DNA of 64,000 nt, taken from the NCBI RefSeq assembly GCF_000142905.1, contig NW_013657617.1, positions 141,261 to 205,260 on the forward strand. The letters are read 5' to 3'. This DNA comes from Thecamonas trahens ATCC 50062. Its lineage: Eukaryota > Protista > Apusomonadida. The notes under the pieces are model-generated. The model was given only the letters and a program-made list of their open reading frames with translations. It was not told the origin of the DNA and did no database searches. Shown here piece by piece: positions 53,025 to 61,396 of the stretch (its first letter is position 1; every line of letters starts with the position of its first letter). The position numbers and the translations under genes are program-made.

Positions 53025-54406
53025 ATGCGTGTCACGATTGCTTTGCTCTGCCTCACGGCGGTGGTGTACTCGGTGGTAGCCATGGATACATGGACTACCA
53101 AGAACTCGATGCTCCTTGCAGTGAGGTATGTGGTATGAAGCATGTGTGGCTGTGTGTTGATAGGGCGCTGCTAGCTGTGTGCGTGTTGCAGAGGGTGGGA
53201 TGGGGAGGGAGGGAGGGGGGGTGGAGCGGGAGGAGGGATGGCACTTGCTCCACCACCGACATCCATTTGACGTGGCGCACGCCCCCGCGGCATACTCATG
53301 GTCGGGGCGATGGGCGGGTGCAATGGGCGTAATGGGCGGGTGTGATGGACTGGGCTGGACTGGGCTGCTGGACTGGGCTGGGCTGGGTTGGGCGCAGTGA
53401 CCATTCGGCGTCGGTGATCGGGTCCCGGATTGTTGTGGTGGGCGGGTGCTCCGGTGGCCAGACATGCTCGGGGAGCTTTTGTGGATGCACCAATGTTACG
53501 GCGCAGGTCCAGGTGCTGGCGACGGCGACGGATAGCTGGAGCTACGGCCCGGCTGCGCCGCGCGAGCGGTACCGCGGCTCGTCGGTGACACTTGGATCGA
53601 AGGTGTATGTGTTTGGCGGGCGCGATGTGAGTGACAACCTGGTGACGGCGGTCGACGTGCTCGACGCTTCAGCGGACGATGTGGCGAGCTGGAGCTGGAG
53701 CACGCTGGCGGCAGCGCTGCCGTCGCCGCGATCGGACCATTGCTCGTTTGTGAGCGGCGGAAAAGCGTACGTGGTTGGCGGGTATACGGCGGCGTACGAG
53801 ACGCTCGCGAGCGTGGCAACGTACGACGCTGCGACCGACTCGTGGGCGAGCGCGACCGACATGCCGTCGTCGCGCGGCGATCTCGGATGTGCAGAGCTCG
53901 ACGGACGTGGGTACGTGTTTGGCGGCTTCTCGGGAACCGACTTTTGCGCGCCGGTTGGGGCACTCGACGAGTACAACCCGACGACCAACACGTGGCGGGC
54001 GCGGGCGGCGCTGGCACATGGGCGCGGCGACAAGGCGTTTGTGGCGGTGGGCGGCAAGCTGTTTGTGATGGGCGGCGAGAAGAAGAACGCGACAACCAAC
54101 TGCAGCAAGTACTCGTATCCGATCGTCGAGGTCGAGGTCTACACCCCGAGCACCGACTCGTGGGAGCTCGACACGCCGATTCCCGACGAGCGGTTCCGGT
54201 TCGCGGCGGCGGCGTACGGCTCGTCGATCTACGTGCTTGGCGGGCAGGGCGAGCTCAAGGTAGCGAGCGACTCGTACGACTCACTGGCGACGGTGGAGAC
54301 CCTGGAGGTGACTGGAGCGAGCTCGTCAGCGGTACGAGCGGCGCACACGACCGTAGTGGCAGTGGCAGGCCTTGCGGCGGCAGCGGTGATGATGGTGGTG
54401 TTATAG
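53025..54406 (+). CDS. Secreted kelch-repeat beta-propeller with a hydrophobic (GPI/TM) C-terminus
   Basis: Signal peptide MRVTIALLCLTAVVYSVVA, intron 53126-53397, six kelch repeats (VVVGG, YVFGG, YVVGG, YVFGG, FVMGG, YVLGG, mostly followed by Y...W) and a hydrophobic tail. Confidence 0.88.
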
Positions 54407-54442
54407 GAGAATGAAGGTACAGGGAAGAGACCACGAGCGCAA

Positions 54443-55948
54443 TTAGACGAGGGCAGCACTGGAACCATTGGGCGAGGCGACGGTCATGTGCGAGAGCATG
54501 GCCTGGTCGCGGTTGTGCGGGTCCGGCGAACCGTCGGAGAGCGACGAGTCCATTGCGGCGTCCGAGCCGACAGCGAAGCTGCCGAAAGAGTGCGGCGAGC
54601 CCGAGAGAGCAATGGCCGGGTTCGGCGGGTTGTGGAGGCCACGCTTGGACGCCAGGTTGGTCATCGAGACAACGCGCGAGCTGGGAATGACCTGATTGGT
54701 GTGAATGAGCGAGCGAATGCGGAAGCCGACAATGACGGCCGAGACACAGCCACGGAAGGTGTAGACGACGACCGAGACGATGAGCACTGCTTGGAGCATG
54801 GACATAAACTTGTTGAGGCCCGGAATGATGTTCTTCTCGTTGACGACGGCGATGACATTCCAGTCGAGGAGGCCGGCATTGAAGCGCTGGGCGAAGACCA
54901 GGTAGTCGTCGTCGAGCTGGAGCGTGCGCGTCTCAAAGTTGAGGCCGGCAACAAACGAGTCGGCGATGAGCGAGAGCGGGTACGGGAACTGGGAAATGGT
55001 CTTGAAGTCGATGTCGGCAGCAGAGCCGTCGGTAGCGTTGCCAAGGGTGGCGGAGGAAAACGCGATGGGCGACTCGACGCCAAACCACATGAGGCCGAGG
55101 ACCTTGCCGTCGTTCTTGGCGACAACGACAATCGAGTCACGCGTCAGACGGTTCTGCAGGCGCTTGAGGATGCGCGAGACGGCCTTTAGGCGCATCTTGT
55201 ACTTGAAGGCCGAATACTCGCCGGCGTGTGCGGTGCCTGCAGGCCATTGGGCGCGGAAGAGAAGCTCGATGATCTGCTCGTCGCGGGTCTCGGCGGTGGC
55301 AGAGAGGACAGGGCCATTCCAGACCTGATCCTCAGCGGCAACAGCGGTCTTGTACCACGACTTCTCCCATGGGTCATACGACTTGACGGTGTCGTCGCCA
55401 AATGAGATGGTCAGCGGTGGGGAGGCGACATCCATCAGCGCCTTGCGGCGGTACTGGTACGAGGCATTGACGTAAATACGTTCCTCAAGGCCGAGGGTGG
55501 CGCCGCTGTCGTCGGAAATGAGCTTGATGACCTTGCGCGACGGGCCCGGGAGGACCTGGTAGAGGGCCATCGACTCGGACATCGTGTGGAACGGCATGGA
55601 GATCATCGACGACCACTCGCGCGAGCCTGATTCAGTAGTGTCGCCGGAGAACCATCCGAGGGCAACCGCCTGCTGGACAGTGTTCTTAAAGGTAAAGATT
55701 GATGCGACAAAGTCCTCGACAAGGCGCGAGACGACTTCGGCAACGTTTGAGCCGAGGTCGTCCTTGGCCTCGTCGACAACGCGATCAAAGGCCGAGCGGA
55801 CAAGGAGAGAGAGAATAATGGTGACAATGATGGGGAGAAGGAAGGCCAAGCTCTCAGAGCCAACAAGCGTGTAGACAGGGCGCCAGCGCTCCCAGTGGCT
55901 CATGGGGACGTGCGGCCCGGCTTCGTCAGAAGGGGGGCGGGGTGACAT
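54443..55948 (-). CDS. Two-TM membrane protein with an extracellular dCache-like domain
   Basis: TM1 (FLLPIIVTIILSLLV), YDPWEKSWYKTAV...QVWNGP, LDWNVIAVVNE..I, TM2, then a short Ser-rich tail. Confidence 0.7.
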   Translation of the reverse strand: MSPRPPSDEAGPHVPMSHWERWRPVYTLVGSESLAFLLPIIVTIILSLLVRSAFDRVVDEAKDDLGSNVAEVVSRLVEDFVASIFTFKNTVQQAVALGWFSGDTTESGSREWSSMISMPFHTMSESMALYQVLPGPSRKVIKLISDDSGATLGLEERIYVNASYQYRRKALMDVASPPLTISFGDDTVKSYDPWEKSWYKTAVAAEDQVWNGPVLSATAETRDEQIIELLFRAQWPAGTAHAGEYSAFKYKMRLKAVSRILKRLQNRLTRDSIVVVAKNDGKVLGLMWFGVESPIAFSSATLGNATDGSAADIDFKTISQFPYPLSLIADSFVAGLNFETRTLQLDDDYLVFAQRFNAGLLDWNVIAVVNEKNIIPGLNKFMSMLQAVLIVSVVVYTFRGCVSAVIVGFRIRSLIHTNQVIPSSRVVSMTNLASKRGLHNPPNPAIALSGSPHSFGSFAVGSDAAMDSSLSDGSPDPHNRDQAMLSHMTVASPNGSSAALV

Positions 55949-55957
55949 AGCGAACCA

Positions 55958-56925
55958 AAAAAAAAATGGGCCCCACCTTTGCAACGTTTGTGAGCGTAGT
56001 GGGAGTGCGGGGCTTTGGTACTGCGGCGGGCTCAGGCGCAGAGACGTGTGTGTGTGTGGGGTAGTTCCCGGAAGAAGCCGTGAGACGGTGTCTTAGAAGG
56101 TAAAGGGGTAGGTGGGTGAGGGAGGGGCACTGTGTGAGAGGGGTGACTTTGCTCGTGCCGGTGTCATGGTCATGGTTGCGCACGCCGTGCAAAGATGGCG
56201 GTCGTGACGGAGCCGGCTCATCATACGTTTGCATTCCGTTTTATTGTCAGTGTGGTTTGACTCTGCCTGTCAGAGGGGTTCTCTCGTCAGCCAGCCACCT
56301 CTTCAAGTAATCCTCCCTCCCCTTCCGCTCGCACACACTGCCATGGACATGGACAAAGTCTCCCGCACGTGCTGCAACCGCATCATATGGGTTTTGGTGT
56401 GGGTGGTGCTCGCTGGGGCGGTGGGCAGGGCGGTAGGTGAGCGTCCGTGTTGGAAAAAGAACGGGCCCGACCTTTGCAACGTTTGTGAGCGTAGTGGGAG
56501 TGCGGGGCTTTGGAGCAGAGACGTGTGTGTGTGTGGGGTAGTTCCCGGAAGAAGCCGTGAGACGGTGTCTTAGAAGGTAAAGGGGTGGGTGGGTGAGGGA
56601 GGGGCACTGTGTGAGAGGGGTGACTTTGCTCGTGCGGGTGTCATGGTTGCGCACGCCGTGCAAAGATGGCGGTCGTGACGGAGCCGGCTCATCATACGTT
56701 TGCATTCCGTTTTATTGTCAGTGTGGTTTGACTCTGCCTGTCAGAGGGGTTCTCTCGTCAGCCAGCCACCTCTCCAAGTAACCCACCCTCCCCTTCCGCC
56801 CGCACACACTGCCATGGACATGGACAAAGTCTCCCGTACGTGCTGCAACCGCATCATATGGGTTTTGGTGTGGGTGGTGCTCGCTGGGGCGGTGGGCAGG
56901 GCGGTAGGTGAGCGTCCGTGTTGGA
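55958..56925. repeat. ~480-bp direct tandem duplication (55958-56454 and 56455-56925)
   Basis: CCTTTGCAACGTTTG occurs at 55976 and 56471, and both copies end GCGTCCGTGTTGGA. Small indels separate the copies. Confidence 0.95.
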
Positions 56926-59900
56926 CGTCATCCTTCGCGGCTGACCCGCACCTGCGACTCTTGACTCCACCGCCGGGCGCCATGCAGCTCGTGCAGCCGC
57001 CTGTGACGACAGACGTCAACTTGGACGGCTTGCCAGATGTGGTGGCTGTGGCGCACTATGCCGGTCGCTTGCTGTATTGGCCCAACCTGGGCAACATGGA
57101 GTTTGGTCCGGGCGTGGAGCTGTACTGGGTGAACAACAAGCTGGGCTCGGTTGCGGTGGGCGACTTTAACAACGACGGCTTGGAAGATCTGGTTGTCGGG
57201 ACGCGGAGCATTCCGATCAAACTGTTGGTTCATCTTCCTGCTCCTGCCGTCACATACGCTGCGCCCGTCGATATCTCGGTCACGACTGCTCCCCAGTTCC
57301 AGGGCATCACGGTGTATGACATGAACGGCGACGGAGTGATGGACGTGATGGTCTCCATTTCCGGAGCGCCATGGGGATGGATTCTGCTCATGAACGACGG
57401 GACGGGCTTGTTCACTGAGACGGTGTTTTCGCAGAGGCAACCGTACTACGGCGTCTCTGCTGCAGATTACAATGGTGACGGATTTGTCGACGTGGTGGCC
57501 CCAGCATTGCCCGGGGCAACGTGGAACATCTTGTACAACGACGGCAGCAACACGTCGTTCACAGCAAGCCCGATCGCCACGTCTGTTTATCTAGACACGC
57601 TTCGCGATGGCAGGGTGACCGGGGCCCGTGGTCAGCAGCCACCGGATTTCAACGGCGACGGCCTCCCTGACATAGCATTCATGCACGTCGTGGCCTTTAA
57701 CGACGGCGCAGGAGGGTTTACCTACGGCGAGCCGTTCAAAGCTGTCGAGTATCAATACGGAACGTACGCCGACATCGATCTCGACGGCGACCTCGACATC
57801 CTCCAGCGCTTCAGTTCTGGCTCGGGCGGTGTCCACCTCTACCGCAACCACGGGAACGGCACGTTCGCCGACCCGGAACTCGTCATGTCGTGGGCGGTTC
57901 TTCGGCACATGCACACTGTGGATCTCGACTTGGACGGCGACCTCGATCTCGTGTTTACCGGCGACCCGGGCGGAGGAAGCAGCGACTCGATCGGGGTGAT
58001 GGAGAACCGAGAAGGGGTCTTCCGCACGACATGCGTTGACCCGGCGTGCTCGTCCGTGTCGTGCATTACAGCGGCGATTGCCTCGGCGGCGTCGACGACA
58101 TCAAGCCGCTCGAGCTTGCCAACATCACGTACACGGGTTGTCCGTCGACGCACGTGGCGACGCCCATCCTGCCGAGGGGCGCCCCACTTGTGGTCACGAC
58201 CGACCCCGGGTACGGCAGGGGCGCTAGGGCGACGATTGACTGCGGCCACACCGGCGTTCTCTTCTCGGCGGTCGCCACGGCGGCTCTCCGGCTAGAGGGC
58301 ATCGATCTTCTTCGCATGTCTTCCTCCTTTGCCGCTGTCCCACAGCCGGGGCTGCTGGTCGCCTCAGCCGGCTCCATGCACTTGCACAATGTCTCGATCG
58401 CAGACTCGACGACCCAGCTGACCTTTGCTGGCACTGATCTCCTCTCAAGCACAGTGTGCGGCGGCGCCGTCCTTGTCTCGGGCCCCTCCAAACTCACTGT
58501 CACCGACTCGACGTTTGCGCGCAACACGGCATCCGCGTCTGGCGGGGCCGTCTGTCTCGCACCTCAACTTGGCGTGCCCGGGACACCGACGTTCGACACG
58601 TATCGGACGCTGTTTGATGGCAACGCCTCGCCTGCGGGGGCGGGCGGTCACGTCGCCGTGGTGGTGGCAAGCAACGAGCGCGGCGCGGTCGCACGACTGC
58701 ATGATTGCGAGATGGTGGGTGGGCGCGCCAACTTTGGCGGCGCGGCCGCCGTGTATGTGGACACGATTCTTGTGTCAGGCTCATCCGACGCCGCCGATCT
58801 CACGCCCGAGCCATCTGCGGCGGCCGCCTCTCTTGCTGCCGCATCCCACAGCCCAGGTCTCATCATTGATGCCGCTACGCGTGTGGGCAACGACCACGCG
58901 GCCACATTCGGCGATCTTTTCTTTGCCTGCTCGGCGGTCGTCACGCTGGACGCTTCCGTGAGCGGGACGTGGGACGCATCCGAGCCACCGGTGTTTATTT
59001 GCATTCCCGCGTCCGGCGTCGCGCCTGTGCCGGGTTGGGTGAAGGGCACGGGCGTGACAGGTGTGCTCGCGTCCGGCTGGTCGCCGCCTGCGGTCGCGGT
59101 TGTGGATGATGCCGCGACGTCCATCATGGCTGGCGGCAGCCTGAAAGTGGTCGTACGGGTGGAGAGCGTGTTTGGCCTCCCGTACACACTCCCCTCGACG
59201 CTCGTCGGCGTGGACATCGACACGCTGGCGCCGGCTGAGTGCGCTGCCGTTATAGCGCGGCGCATTACCGATTCGATCGTGGGCGCGAGCGGGACACCGC
59301 TGGCCATCACTGTCTCGGCGTTCAACGCCTCGTGCTTGGGCCATGTGCACCGGATGCGGGCTGGCGTGGTGACGGCGCTTGCGGCGCCGTTCATGTTTGC
59401 GACGCACGGGCCGCTCTCGACCTCATTCGACGTCGTCCTCGCACCCTGCGCAGCTGGCTTTGGTCCGGCGTCGATCGAGCCATTCGGATGCTCGCCGTGC
59501 GCCAAAGGTACGTACACCGATGGTTCGTTTGACGGTACCGAGTCGTGTCTCCTCTTTCCGGCCTGTCCGGCAAACACAGTGCGTGGCGAAGCACCTGAGT
59601 CACAGGCCTCGACACCGCCGACCTGCTATTGCGTGCCCGGGACGTACTCGCCGACGCTAGCAGCCGATACCACATGTATCCCGTGCCCGATCGGGGCGGC
59701 GTGCGACGGCGGGCTAGCCCGTCCGCGCTCGCTTCCGGGGTGGATCGACATCAGCAACACGACAGGTCGCGTTGTCCAGATCGAGGCGTGCCCGAGGCCC
59801 TCGTCGTGCGCCGGTGACTCCAACTGCTTCCCGGGCGCCACGGGGTTCATGTGCACGGCGTGCGCCTCCGGCTACTACACACACTCGAACGGAGCGTGTG

Positions 59901-61299
59901 CCAAGTGTACGGACGGAATGGTAACGATGTTTTGGATCTTCATCACGATCGCGTTTGTGGGCGTGATAGCTGCTGTCGTCGGCGCCGTCTTGGCGGCGTC
60001 GTCGTCGATGGCACCTGCGGTGGTGGTCGGAAGCGAGGAGGCGTGGGCGCGGTCGCGGGTGCCGCGCGCCTTCTCTACCGGTCTTCTTTTGCCCAGGTTC
60101 TCGCAGTGGTGGCACAGACGGCGTTGGTGTGGCCCACGCCCATGCGCGAGACGCTCGAGTCGCTGGCAATGCTCAACTTTTCGCTCGCTTACGTCGGCGG
60201 CGAGTGCGTGCTCCTCTCGTTCACCACAACGTACAAGTTTACGGTTGTGGCACCCGGTGCCCTGATCGTGCTCACAGCATTGGTGGCGCCGCTACTCAAG
60301 CTCTGCACATCGCGCGTGCCGTCGGTGGGCCTTGTGGTCGAGCGCGTGGTGTTCTCGGCAGGTCCGGTTCTCTACATCGCGTCCTCGCACGCCGCACTCC
60401 AGCTCTTTGACTGCTCGCGGCTGCCGACAGGCGACTATGTGCTCGACGCCGACCTCGGCTTCAAGTGCTTTACGCCGCAGTGGCTGGCGCTGCTTCCGTG
60501 GGCGCTCGTGGCCGTTTTCGTGTACGTCGTGGGCCTGCCTGCATTCATGGCGCTCTCGCTGTACCGTGCGCGACATCGCCTCGCCAGTCCGGACGTGCGA
60601 GCTCGTTACGGGCTACTGTACCGCCTCTACAAGCCCGTATTCTACCAGTTTGAGGTGCTTCTTCTATTCAAGCGGCTGGCAATTGTGATGGCGGTCATGT
60701 TCTTCTCGCGCATCGTCGTATGGCTGATGACAACACTCGTCGGTGTCTTTTCAGTCTTTGCCGCTGTCCAGCTCAAGTACGCGCCGTTTGTCGCCGACGT
60801 CTATAACGTGCTCGAGACGCGCCTCAACGTAGCCCTTCTCATCATCCTCAGCATCGGCGCTGCGTTTTGGGCAAACGACTTTCCTGACGACGGCTCGTAC
60901 GCCACCTTTGCCGTCCTCGGCATGGCTGTCATAGTTGTCTCGTTTGTTCTCATTCTCCACGTCGCGCTCCGCGAACTCGCCTGGTCCCGTCGTCACTCGT
61001 TCCGCGCCGTGGCTGAAGCCGACGCGAGACACAAGCCCGACTCGCCTTCTACAACTTTCGAGCTTGTAGAGTGGAGTGGGGCCAGCTCCACGTCGCCTTT
61101 TTCCGATTCGCCGCAGCCGCTTCCCGACCAATCATCGTCGTCTTCATACTCGGCATCCTCGTCCTCACTCGCATCATGTTCGGTCCAAACAGCCGACCGC
61201 ACCCTCCCGGCCTCACGCGGTGCCACCCGCCGCGCGTCGAGTACCGCGTACGGCCGCTCAGGCCGTCGCTCTGTTGCTGTAGTGTCCGATCGCTCATAG
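56814..61299 (+). CDS. Large receptor-like membrane protein (signal peptide, ~7 FG-GAP/VCBS repeats, beta-helix, Cys-rich region, multi-TM), paralogue of 1-3816, with frameshifts at ~58090 and ~60090
   Basis: DVNLDGLPD, DFNNDGLED, DMNGDGVMD, DYNGDGFVD, DFNGDGLPD and DIDLDGDLD repeats; IDCGHTGVLF; GGAV repeats; CYCVPGTY; FDCSRL...LDADLGFKCF...YVVGLP...RYGLLY. Three consecutive ORFs align collinearly with gene 1. Confidence 0.82.
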
Positions 61300-61396
61300 T
61301 TTTTCTGGCAGTGCAACCTTTCCACGTGCCGCCGGGGCGTCGTCGTGACGCTAGCCATAAACGCGCTTAGGAGGGTCTCAGCGGCATGAAGACGAG

